Positions 36,222 to 44,726 of a DNA stretch of 57,125 bases are shown here, piece by piece (position 1 is the stretch's first letter; each line of letters begins with the position of its first letter). The stretch is from Patescibacteria group bacterium (GTDB lineage: Bacteria; Patescibacteriota; Minisyncoccia; Phycocordibacterales; PALSA-1337). The stretch spans positions 1 through 57,125 of the forward strand of contig JAGWWT010000005.1 of assembly GCA_018970245.1 (NCBI GenBank), in the 5' to 3' direction. The notes under the pieces were generated by a model. The model was not told where the DNA came from. It worked only from the letters and a program-made list of their open reading frames with translations, and did no database searches. The translations under genes and the position numbers were made by a program.

Positions 36222-37438
36222 AGCGATTTCAGTTGGTCAATGAATGAGTCGGCACGATGATAGGTCGTGTGCTTTTCGAAGGCCTCTTTTTGCGCCCGAA
36301 GGGCGCGTTGCGTGCCGATATCTGGATTATGGAGGATATTCTCGAAATGCGCCAGGTATTCTTCAGGCGTATCCGCGATAAATAACGAATCGGGGCTGAA
36401 TATCGTGTCGAGCAGCTTGGCGTGGTCGGTCACTTGCGGTACGCCGCAGGCGGCGAGCTGGTAGGTGCGCTCATTCACTTCGCAGGCCCACTCGATCTGC
36501 TCGGGCAAGTGCAGATTGAGGCCAACCTTGGCGCGGGCATAGATGTAGCGGTCACGGTCGCGGTTGAATCTGAAATCGGATATATGCTTCCAATTCGGGC
36601 CATCGACGAAGCCTGGATATTTCGTAAGTATCGGCCGCAAGAACTGCGCGCCGGATGATTTCTTCGAGGCCAAGTAGGCATAATCGAGGTCGCGCTCGAA
36701 TCCGGCGACAGGGAAGTAGCGGCTTATGTGCGCGCCGAAAGGCAGGAAGATCATTTTGTATCCAGCGTCAAAGAAAGGCCGATATTCTTTACGTGAATGG
36801 ACGTATTCTGGATCGCGAAACGAATAATAGAAATCGACGCCATGATCTTTGGCCCATTTGAGCCTGTCAACTAAAGGCGAATTCCCGTATTCTTCGAGAG
36901 AGGCAGTCAACCCGATCTTCAGAGGATGAGCCTTTCTCTGATCTTTGATCGCTTGCCAATCTATCTTTTCCAAGTAGCTCGCATGATCGCTCGTCAGAAG
37001 AACCGTCGGTCTGAAAGAATCCAAGACCGGGCCGATCGGCTCATTCCAGCCAAGCTCTCTGGCGGGCACGCCGATGAACTCGAATGCTTCTTTGAAATTC
37101 GTGAACAGGGAATAGCCGGCAGGGGAGAGCTTCTGGTCGGGAATATGCAGAAGGATGCGCCCCGTCGTTTTTCCTGCGAGCAGGTCTTTAAATTTTTTTT
37201 TAGCTGCAAGCTTTAGTTGATGCCCCTGCACGACGACGGGATCCTTTGAGGCGGCGTAGGCGGCCTCGGATTCGTACGTGTCTTTGTGCAGCAAGGCGTT
37301 CTCTGCTTGACTTAGTATGCGCTCGCGATTGCGCTTAGTCTTTCGATTCATACGCTCTTCCAAGAGGAACAGATCCCAATACGGGTCCGGACGACCTAAG
37401 AGAGATTTGGCAAAGTGTTTTGCATAGCGAAGCAGCAT
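36218..37438 (-). CDS. CgeB-like glycosyltransferase (DUF3880 + Glyco_trans_1_2-type)
   Basis: The C-terminal segment 'LNLHLPEQIEWACEVNERTYQLAACGVPQVTD' resembles CgeB-family GT-B proteins. There is an ATGA overlap with the downstream gene. Confidence 0.55.
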   Translation of the reverse strand: MLLRYAKHFAKSLLGRPDPYWDLFLLEERMNRKTKRNRERILSQAENALLHKDTYESEAAYAASKDPVVVQGHQLKLAAKKKFKDLLAGKTTGRILLHIPDQKLSPAGYSLFTNFKEAFEFIGVPARELGWNEPIGPVLDSFRPTVLLTSDHASYLEKIDWQAIKDQRKAHPLKIGLTASLEEYGNSPLVDRLKWAKDHGVDFYYSFRDPEYVHSRKEYRPFFDAGYKMIFLPFGAHISRYFPVAGFERDLDYAYLASKKSSGAQFLRPILTKYPGFVDGPNWKHISDFRFNRDRDRYIYARAKVGLNLHLPEQIEWACEVNERTYQLAACGVPQVTDHAKLLDTIFSPDSLFIADTPEEYLAHFENILHNPDIGTQRALRAQKEAFEKHTTYHRADSFIDQLKSL

Positions 37439-38173
37439 CTAAGGTTTGATGAAATGGAAGCAGCCACAGCCATAGGATTGCGCGTCGGATTGTTCTTTGG
37501 ATGCGTTGGCGATCATGCCGACATCGAGGGCATTATCTGGAATGAGCGAGAATTCCTGAAGCTTCAGATTCTTGAATTGGCTCTTGATCTGTTCATATGA
37601 ATAGATGCGATGGGCGTTGAAGACGATCTTCGGCTTGCCCACAGGTACAACGAAGATCAGCGACCCTCCAGGCGCGAGCACGCGTTCGAGCTCTCGCATG
37701 GCCTTGATATCGCCAGCCGGATCAAGCGGGTCTCCATATCGGCCGAGGCCGATATGCTCTATGACGTGCATGCACGATAACGACGATAAAGAACTCTCTA
37801 TAAAAGGGAGCTTCGTCAGATCCGCTTCATTCGATGTAAGATTTGAGAGTTTGAGATCTGCCGGTCTATAATCATAGAATCTGGTTGTCACGAAGGCGGA
37901 AACGATCGAACAGAAGTGAAGTGTCGATGAAATGTCGACATGCTCTTTCGGGTTTATTTTTGCCAATATGCGGGCAGCCCACGCGGGATGGTAAATATAA
38001 TGAGTGTCGAAAGGAGTCTTTTCGGTGTCTTCGTAGATAGGCATACGATCGTTCCATGACATGGAAAATCGATCTGACTCGGATCGGGACAGCCGAACGA
38101 AATCTTTAAAGTCACGGCGTAAACGCTTTTCTTTTTTCGTTCGGTTGATTTTGTCAGTGATCAGATTTCTCAT
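37439..38173 (-). CDS. SAM-dependent methyltransferase (DUF268-like)
   Basis: It has 'LSCMHVIEHIGLGRYGDPLDP' and 'LAPGGSLIFVVP'. The start at 38173 forms an ATGA overlap with the upstream stop. Confidence 0.6.
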   Translation of the reverse strand: MRNLITDKINRTKKEKRLRRDFKDFVRLSRSESDRFSMSWNDRMPIYEDTEKTPFDTHYIYHPAWAARILAKINPKEHVDISSTLHFCSIVSAFVTTRFYDYRPADLKLSNLTSNEADLTKLPFIESSLSSLSCMHVIEHIGLGRYGDPLDPAGDIKAMRELERVLAPGGSLIFVVPVGKPKIVFNAHRIYSYEQIKSQFKNLKLQEFSLIPDNALDVGMIANASKEQSDAQSYGCGCFHFIKP

Positions 38174-38736
38174 TTTGGCAGGATCATCAACAAGTCTCCT
38201 TTCTTTGCGCACGTGAATCCTGCGGCTGCCGTTTTTTTCTTCACGGCTTCAATCGTCGGATAATCGTGCGTGCCATCGAATAGCCGCGCGTCATCGATAA
38301 GGATGGCATGTCCCTTCACAGAATGCGCGAAAATAGCGTCGAGCTCGCGCTCGATTGGTGTCTCAAGAGGGCCGCGAGCGGTTACACCGCCCGAGAAATG
38401 CCCGTCAAGCCAAAAGAGAGCTGGTCTGTCGAGTGTCTTCAAAATCTCGGGAAGCATCGTAGCGCTGTCGCCTTGGTATAGAATGACATTAGGCGCACCT
38501 ATGAACCTTTTAGCTGCTCTTTGATGAAGGTTAGTGTCGAGTTCGATAGAAATCGCTTTATCGAAAGCGCCCCTAACTGCTTCTACCGTATCGCCCATAT
38601 ATGTACCCGTTTCTATGAAGGTGCCGATCTTGAATCGGCTCTGTAGATCGAGAATAGCTTTTATCTTATCAGCATGAGCATCGGGTCCCGGAGCGCGGAA
38701 AAGTTTGTCCTGTATCTTTTTTATGAGATTAGCCAT
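38170..38736 (-). CDS. SAM-dependent methyltransferase (Methyltransf_24/TylF-like)
   Basis: It has 'FIETGTYMGDTVEAV' and 'LFWLDGHFSGG'. The start was set at internal ATG 38736 (MANLIKKIQ). Confidence 0.55.
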   Translation of the reverse strand: MANLIKKIQDKLFRAPGPDAHADKIKAILDLQSRFKIGTFIETGTYMGDTVEAVRGAFDKAISIELDTNLHQRAAKRFIGAPNVILYQGDSATMLPEILKTLDRPALFWLDGHFSGGVTARGPLETPIERELDAIFAHSVKGHAILIDDARLFDGTHDYPTIEAVKKKTAAAGFTCAKKGDLLMILPK

Positions 38737-38744
38737 GCGTAAGT

Positions 38745-40007
38745 TTAGCGCTTTAATTCCAACTTCCAATCAGCTGTGGCATTCATGAACCCGCGATTCT
38801 CTTGTACCGCCGGCTGTTTCGTTCCTAGAGGATCGATATCGAGCACGATGAGATTCGGATCATAGAAGCTGACCTGTTTATCTTTGGTGATGCCGAGGCC
38901 GAGGTAATACGTGCCGGGCCGGAGCATATGATGGAGCGTTATGTCCATGATATGCGTTCCCGGATCACTAATCATGCGGCCGACAGCATCACGATTATCA
39001 GAATTCCTGACAATGAAAATGAGAGAGTCATTCAAGCTCGTGCAGGCAAAGGCAAAATTCATTTCCTCGAGCTTGCGTTCGACTTCTATCATCAAGCGGA
39101 GCTTTATGGGCTCATCGTAAGGTACCCTGAATGATCCGGCGATTCCATTCAGAAGCTCTGCTGTCGTGACTCGATATCCTTGTCCGGCGAATGAACCTGC
39201 CGGTATATCCACCTTGTGCTCGGTGTGGCCGACCTTCAGATAATGATTGATGACCTCGCGTGTCTCGCCGATCTTCTCGATGCGGCCCTTGTTCAGAAGA
39301 ACCGTCTTTTGGCAGAGGCGCTCGACAGCCGAAAGATTGTGGCTGATGAAGACGATGGTGCGGCCGTCTTGGTGAGTGACCTCCTCCATCTTGGCGAGGC
39401 ATTTTCTTTGGAACTCAGCGTCGCCGACCGCTAGGACCTCGTCGACAAGCAGGATATCTGGCTCCATATGCGCCGCCACGGAGAATGCCAGTCGGACGTA
39501 CATGCCGCTCGAGTAGTATTTCACCGGCGTGTCCAAGAATTTCTCGACCTCGGCGAATTTGACGATCTGGTCGAACTTCGAGGCGATCTCGCGGCGAGTC
39601 ATGCCGATGATGGCGCCGTTCAGAAAGATATTCTCGCGGCCAGTGAGCTCCGGATTGAATCCGGTGCCGACCTCGAGGAGGGAGCCGACTTTTCCGCGGA
39701 TGACAATCTCGCCTTCGGTCGGCGGCGTGATCTGCGAGAGGATCTTCAAAAGCGTGGATTTGCCGGCGCCGTTGTGACCGATGATGCCGATGACCTCGCC
39801 TTTTTCAACTGAAAGGTTGATATCCCGAAGCGCCCAGAATTCTTCAGTCGAGGCCAGGCCCATAGCTGATTTTGCTTTTGCCTTCACGAATGAGAAAGGC
39901 TTCTTCAGGATATTCATAATGACATCGCGCAAAGCGATGTAGCCGCCCCGCTGGTGGGCGATCTTGTAGTTTTTGCCGATGTTTTTTATCTCGATGATCG
40001 GTTTCAT
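38745..40007 (-). CDS. wzt: Polysaccharide ABC exporter ATP-binding protein with a C-terminal glycan-binding-type domain (Wzt/TagH type)
   Basis: Walker A is 'GHNGAGKSTLL', the signature is 'YSSGM' and Walker B is 'ILLVDEVLAVGD'. An extra ~160-aa beta-rich C-terminal domain is present. The start is at ATG 40007 (MKPIIEIKN), 2 nt after the wzm stop. The 699-aa ORF in the track is a read-through artefact. Confidence 0.88.
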   Translation of the reverse strand: MKPIIEIKNIGKNYKIAHQRGGYIALRDVIMNILKKPFSFVKAKAKSAMGLASTEEFWALRDINLSVEKGEVIGIIGHNGAGKSTLLKILSQITPPTEGEIVIRGKVGSLLEVGTGFNPELTGRENIFLNGAIIGMTRREIASKFDQIVKFAEVEKFLDTPVKYYSSGMYVRLAFSVAAHMEPDILLVDEVLAVGDAEFQRKCLAKMEEVTHQDGRTIVFISHNLSAVERLCQKTVLLNKGRIEKIGETREVINHYLKVGHTEHKVDIPAGSFAGQGYRVTTAELLNGIAGSFRVPYDEPIKLRLMIEVERKLEEMNFAFACTSLNDSLIFIVRNSDNRDAVGRMISDPGTHIMDITLHHMLRPGTYYLGLGITKDKQVSFYDPNLIVLDIDPLGTKQPAVQENRGFMNATADWKLELKR

Positions 40008-40009
40008 GT

Positions 40010-40846
40010 TCAGACAATATCCGCGAAGTACCTCTCGACCTTTTTGAAGACGTAGATGCCGACGATGAGGAGCACGAAGCAGCCGATGGCCGAGATGCCG
40101 AGCAAGAGCCAATTGACCGGAGCGGTGCCGAGAAGGGCGGCGCGCGCGTTCTGGATGACGCCGGTCATCGGATTTATCGCCAAGAGCTTCGAATATTTGC
40201 CGGCGATCGAGGCGGGATAGATGACAGGCGTGACGAAGAGCAGTATCTGCACGAAGAAGGGCAGAGCATAGCGGACGTCGCGGTACTTGACATTGATGGC
40301 CGCCAGGAAGAGACCGCCGCCCACCGAGGCCATGAAGGTGATGATGAGCAAAAGCGGTACGATGGCGATGCCTAGCAGGCTCGGCATAAAGCCGTAGTAG
40401 AACATGAGGCCGAGGAGGATCAGGGCCGCGATGGCGAAATCGACGAGCTGAGTGATCACGGATGAGACCGGCAGGATGAGGCGAGGGAAATAGACTTTGG
40501 TGATGAGAGCCTGATTGCCGACGAGGGAATTGCTGGTCGAAGAGAGCGCGGCTGAAAAGAATTGCCAGAATAGGAGGCCGGTGTATACGAAGATAGGATA
40601 GGGTACGCCGTCGGAAGGGATCTTGGCCAATCCGCCGAAGAAGACGGAGAAGACCACCATTGTCACGAATGGCTGGAAAATGGCCCAAGCGGCGCCGATG
40701 AACGTCTGCTTGTATCTGACTTTCAGGTCTCGCCAGGTGAAGAAATAGAGCAGCTCGCGGTAGTCCCATAGCTCTTTCAGATCTCGCAGATGGAAGATCT
40801 TCTTCGGGCGAATGACCGTGACCGTCGCATTCGACATGAGCCACAT
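40010..40846 (-). CDS. wzm: Polysaccharide ABC exporter permease (ABC-2 type)
   Basis: 'ELWDYRELLYFFTWRDLKVRYKQTFIGAAWAIFQP' is the classic ABC-2 N-terminal block, and six TM helices are present. The start is at 40846 or 40837. Confidence 0.85.
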   Translation of the reverse strand: MWLMSNATVTVIRPKKIFHLRDLKELWDYRELLYFFTWRDLKVRYKQTFIGAAWAIFQPFVTMVVFSVFFGGLAKIPSDGVPYPIFVYTGLLFWQFFSAALSSTSNSLVGNQALITKVYFPRLILPVSSVITQLVDFAIAALILLGLMFYYGFMPSLLGIAIVPLLLIITFMASVGGGLFLAAINVKYRDVRYALPFFVQILLFVTPVIYPASIAGKYSKLLAINPMTGVIQNARAALLGTAPVNWLLLGISAIGCFVLLIVGIYVFKKVERYFADIV

Positions 40847-40850
40847 CCTA

Positions 40851-41942
40851 TCACGATTCGATATATGGCTCAATGACTTTGGTTCCTGGAGTTTTTCTAT
40901 GCGCGATGTCGCGCGATCTCTTTGTAGGGAAAAGGTAGAGCGCATAGCCGCCATGGCCGCCGCCAAGGTATTTCCAGCCGATGGCGCCGGCGATCGTCGG
41001 CAGGGGAGACATGCTCTCGCCGAGCTGGGCTTTATAGCTCATCGATACAGCGCGGGCCAAGGCACGGAGGTCGCGTTTGTGGACAGCCGCCGCGGCAGCC
41101 GTGCCAGCCTTGGAGATGAGCCTATAATCGCGCTTCTGGCCCGTTAAACTGGGCGTATTATGAGCAGTGCCAGTCCAATATATGAGCATGCGGCCGGCAA
41201 GCCAATCGGGATTGTATTTAGCTTCAAGGACTGGCTGCTTGCCTGAACGCCAGACGCACAACCCCGTCTCTTCTATGACAGCCGGGTCTTGCCAGCCGAC
41301 GCCGAGAGCTATCTCTGACTTCAAGCCGTCGCGGACTTGCAAGATAGAGTACGCCGCTGAACCGCCGAGGCCGGCGCCTTTTTCATATGACCACTCTGTC
41401 AGGCTGACCTTCGGCGTGATGGCGCAATTCACAATGAACGCGCCCTTTTTTGCCAACCGCGGAACGTCGAGCCAACCGCCGGCGAAGTCGACTCGCAGCG
41501 GCACCTCATGGATATTGTTGATGGTCTGGCGGATTTTCGTCGTGGAGATCTGCTCGCCTGTATGGCCAGTCGGAGGATTTTTCTGAAGGACGATCAACTG
41601 GACGCCGAATTGCCGGCAGATGTGGCGCTTTGCCTCGATATGTGCGTCGTCTTCATTGATGGCGAGGATATCGGGCGCCTCTTCCTTCCAATGACTGACG
41701 AAATCGAGGACGGCATCGTTGTCGGAGCTCGGCACGGCGCGGTCCACGTATTTTATCGAGCCAATGATGGCGGCTTTGTGGCTGTCCGGCAGGGCCGAGA
41801 CGCGATTCTTGGCCAGCATGAGCACGGATGCGCTCGCAAAGCAGACCGTCAGGTGATCGCCCAACGCCTTAGCCGATCTGAAGAACTCTATATGCCCTGC
41901 ATGTATGATGTCATAGCATCCGCTGACGAATATTTTCTTCAT
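40851..41942 (-). CDS. Fusion protein: cytidylyltransferase-like nucleotidyltransferase (N-terminal) plus compact GHMP sugar kinase (C-terminal)
   Basis: The N-terminus has 'FVSGCYDIIHAGHIEFF' (HxGH) and 'ISTTKIRQ' (ISTT motif). The C-terminus has 'LRVDFAGGWLDVP', 'GAGLGGSAAYSIL' (GHMP motif II) and 'KYLGGGHGGYALYLF' (motif III). Confidence 0.75.
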   Translation of the reverse strand: MKKIFVSGCYDIIHAGHIEFFRSAKALGDHLTVCFASASVLMLAKNRVSALPDSHKAAIIGSIKYVDRAVPSSDNDAVLDFVSHWKEEAPDILAINEDDAHIEAKRHICRQFGVQLIVLQKNPPTGHTGEQISTTKIRQTINNIHEVPLRVDFAGGWLDVPRLAKKGAFIVNCAITPKVSLTEWSYEKGAGLGGSAAYSILQVRDGLKSEIALGVGWQDPAVIEETGLCVWRSGKQPVLEAKYNPDWLAGRMLIYWTGTAHNTPSLTGQKRDYRLISKAGTAAAAAVHKRDLRALARAVSMSYKAQLGESMSPLPTIAGAIGWKYLGGGHGGYALYLFPTKRSRDIAHRKTPGTKVIEPYIES

Positions 41943-41963
41943 GACGGTAATACTAGTCCAGTA

Positions 41964-41992
41964 TTGGCCTAGACGCCAGTCTTTGATATAGT
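41964..41992 (+). promoter_or_regulatory. Candidate promoter TTGGCC-17-TGaTATAGT
   Basis: The -35 ttggcc is at 41964-41969 and the extended -10 tgatatagt is at 41984-41992. The ATG at 42002 lies 10 nt after the -10. Confidence 0.45.
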
Positions 41993-42001
41993 GACGGAAC
42001 C

Positions 42002-44647
42002 ATGCTTAAAAAAATCACCTATTATGTCGTCCTCGGGGCCCTTTTCCTTATACCTATATTCCCATTCATCATCGCTAACTCGTACTTCTTCCCATTCATC
42101 ACCGGGAAGGCCTTTTACTTCAGGATACTGGTCGAGGTCGCCTTCGCCGCGTGGGTCGTTCTGGCCTTCATCGACGCTCGATATAGGCCGCGCTTCACGC
42201 CGCTCACCATAGCCGTCACGCTCTTCACGGTCATCGCTCTCCTCGCCGACCTCCTCGGCGTGAACCCCATCCGCAGCCTCTGGTCCAACTTCGAGCGCAT
42301 GGAAGGCTGGATCACCATCATCCACCTCTGGGCCTTCTATCTCGTCGCTTCCAGCGTCTTCAGCAGCCGGCTATCCGATAGCTCTGGCCGCTCCGCTGCC
42401 TTGCCCGGCTCTTCTGATGCCGATCCTAGCCGCAAGCTCTGGCACCGCTGGCTCAACTTCGAGCTGGTCGTCGCGCTGGTCGTCGGCGGATACGGCGTCT
42501 TCCAGCTCCTCGGCTGGGCCGCCATCCACCAGGGATCGAGCCGCATCGACGCCAGCCTCGGCAACTCCGCATACATGGCCGTCTACATGATCTTGAACGC
42601 CTTCATCGCCGCATATCTCTTCTTCGGCACGGCCAAGGCCAAGCGTGACGGCCTCGAGATCTCGCGCATGTTCTACGGCTCGGCCACGGCTGCTTCCGCG
42701 CTCCTCCTCATCGCCACGGCCATTTCCGGCTCTTGGAAGCCTGCCATCCTCGGGCTCGTGCTCTGCGCCATCGCTTTCTTCGTGGGCAAGAAGTGGTCCT
42801 CGCTGCGGCCGCAGCCTTCCCAATGGGCCTATTCGGCGCTATTCGTGCTCTTCTCATTCTTGCTCGCTGAGACGGCCACTCGCGGCACCATCATCGGCTT
42901 GGCCGTGGCCGTCGTCACCGTGATCGTCGCATATGCTCTATTCGCCACCGGCATGCGCGCGGGCAAGATCCTGGCCGCCGCCAGCTTCGTCGTCGCCGAG
43001 ATCGCCGCCGTCATCGTCTCCCTTACGGTCTCTTTCTCGAGCTCTTTCGCTGCAGGGTCTTTCGACCAGATCGCTCTTCTTATCGGCGGGGTCGCATTCA
43101 TATATTTTCTCATCTTGGCTGCCTATGTCTGGAAGAGCAGGGCAGCCGTCAAGGAGCCCGGAGTCCAAGCCAGCCGCTATCTCGGCCTGGCCATCCTGGC
43201 CCTCCTTTTCCTGATCGGCGGCGCATTCGCGCTGGAGAAGAATGCCTCCTTCGTCCAGAACAACGACGTTCTCAACCGCCTCGCCAGCATCTCTCTCACC
43301 GATGCTTCCGGCCAGGCCCGCCAGTACATCTGGCCCATGGCTGTGAAAGGCGCTCTTAGGCGCCCGATCCTCGGCTGGGGACAGGAGAATTTCAACTATA
43401 TCTTCAACTCTGATTACAACCCCGCCATGTGGTCGCAGGAGCAGTGGTTCGACCGCGCGCATAACGTCTTCCTCGACTGGCTCGTCAACGCAGGAGTCGT
43501 CGGCCTCCTGGCCTATCTCGCGCTCTACGTCCTGTTTCTCCGCGCCGTCTGGAAGTCGAGCCTAAGCATCGCCGAGAAGTCCGTCCTCACCGGGCTCTTG
43601 GCCGGCTACTTCGTGCACAACGTATTCGTCTTCGACAACCTAGCGAGCTATGCCTTGTTCTTCGCGGCTTTAGCCTTCGTCAATTCATGGGACAGGTCCG
43701 TTCGCGGCAAGAAAGCCGCCTTGGCTGCAGGCGCTTCTTCTGCTGCTGCCGTCCGCCAGCCGCGCGAGTTCAGCAAGGACGCCGTGGAATACATCGTCGC
43801 TCCGATAGCCATCGTCCTACTGGTCGGAGCTGTATACTTCTATAACGTCCGTCCCATCCAAGCTAATACCGATCTCATCACCGCCCTCGAGGTCTGTGCC
43901 AATCCGCAGAGCGCCGACCCAGCCCTATTCGTGAAGGCTCTTAACGTCGGCGTCTATCTGGCTAACCAGGAGATCAGGGAACAGCTCCTCCAATGCGCTG
44001 GCAACGTCATCAATGACCAGCAGGCCACGAGCCAGGTCAAGGCTTCTTTCTACCAGCTCGCGACCGCACAGATACAGGCTCAGATAGCTGCGACGCCGAA
44101 GGACGCCAGGATATATGTCCTCGGCGGTTCATTCCTGGTCTCTATAGGGAAGTTCTCCGACGCGCTGCCGCTCCTCGTCAAAGCCCACGAGCTCTCGCCG
44201 GCCAAGCAGAGCATCGACCTCATCCTGGCTGACGACTATATAAATCTCGGCCAGACCGCGGATGCAGTGCCTCTTCTCGCCCAGGCCTACCAGTCAGCCA
44301 CCGATGACGATCAGGTCAAGTCCGCCTATGCCGAGATCCTCGTCCTCGATGGGCAGGAAGCCAAAGCGCATCAGCTGTTCGATGACGATCCTTCCATATT
44401 CGATACCGCGCAGATGGCCAGCGCTTATGTGTCCATGAAGCCGCCGCAGTACGGCAAAGCCATCGCTATCTACCAAGATCTCCTCAAAGCCAAGCCTGGC
44501 GACGTCAACACGACCGTCCAGTTGGCCCAGATCCAATATGCCGCCGGCATGAAGTCGGCCGCAGCAGCTACTCTCCGCTCGCTCGAGCAGGCTCACCCTG
44601 AATACAAGGACCAGATCGAAGCGGCCATCAAGCAGGCCGGCCAGTAG
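42002..44647 (+). CDS. O-antigen ligase/polymerase-like (Wzy_C) polytopic membrane protein with a C-terminal TPR domain
   Basis: The 881-aa protein has more than 10 TM helices. The Wzy_C-type region lies around 'ETATRGTIIGLAVAVV' and a periplasmic loop contains 'RQYIWPMAVKG...GWGQENF'. The C-terminal ~250 aa are TPR-like repeats ('LGQTADAVPLLAQAYQ', 'YGKAIAIYQDLLKAKPGD'). Confidence 0.75.
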   Translation: MLKKITYYVVLGALFLIPIFPFIIANSYFFPFITGKAFYFRILVEVAFAAWVVLAFIDARYRPRFTPLTIAVTLFTVIALLADLLGVNPIRSLWSNFERMEGWITIIHLWAFYLVASSVFSSRLSDSSGRSAALPGSSDADPSRKLWHRWLNFELVVALVVGGYGVFQLLGWAAIHQGSSRIDASLGNSAYMAVYMILNAFIAAYLFFGTAKAKRDGLEISRMFYGSATAASALLLIATAISGSWKPAILGLVLCAIAFFVGKKWSSLRPQPSQWAYSALFVLFSFLLAETATRGTIIGLAVAVVTVIVAYALFATGMRAGKILAAASFVVAEIAAVIVSLTVSFSSSFAAGSFDQIALLIGGVAFIYFLILAAYVWKSRAAVKEPGVQASRYLGLAILALLFLIGGAFALEKNASFVQNNDVLNRLASISLTDASGQARQYIWPMAVKGALRRPILGWGQENFNYIFNSDYNPAMWSQEQWFDRAHNVFLDWLVNAGVVGLLAYLALYVLFLRAVWKSSLSIAEKSVLTGLLAGYFVHNVFVFDNLASYALFFAALAFVNSWDRSVRGKKAALAAGASSAAAVRQPREFSKDAVEYIVAPIAIVLLVGAVYFYNVRPIQANTDLITALEVCANPQSADPALFVKALNVGVYLANQEIREQLLQCAGNVINDQQATSQVKASFYQLATAQIQAQIAATPKDARIYVLGGSFLVSIGKFSDALPLLVKAHELSPAKQSIDLILADDYINLGQTADAVPLLAQAYQSATDDDQVKSAYAEILVLDGQEAKAHQLFDDDPSIFDTAQMASAYVSMKPPQYGKAIAIYQDLLKAKPGDVNTTVQLAQIQYAAGMKSAAAATLRSLEQAHPEYKDQIEAAIKQAGQ

Positions 44648-44726
44648 ACCTTGGCAAGCCGGCCAGTAGACGAAGCTCGGAAAGATTGCTATCCTGACGG
44701 CGGTCAAGGACAAGAAAGGAAGCATA

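Noticed and set aside
38745-40844. A 699-aa minus-strand ORF in the track that spans both the wzt and wzm regions.
   Set aside because: The N-terminal ~279 aa are Arg/His/Pro-rich nonsense read in an alternative frame across wzm. A proper ATG (40007, MKPIIEIKN) sits 2 nt after the wzm stop and begins a normal ABC ATPase. I therefore called 38745-40007 (wzt) and 40010-40846 (wzm).
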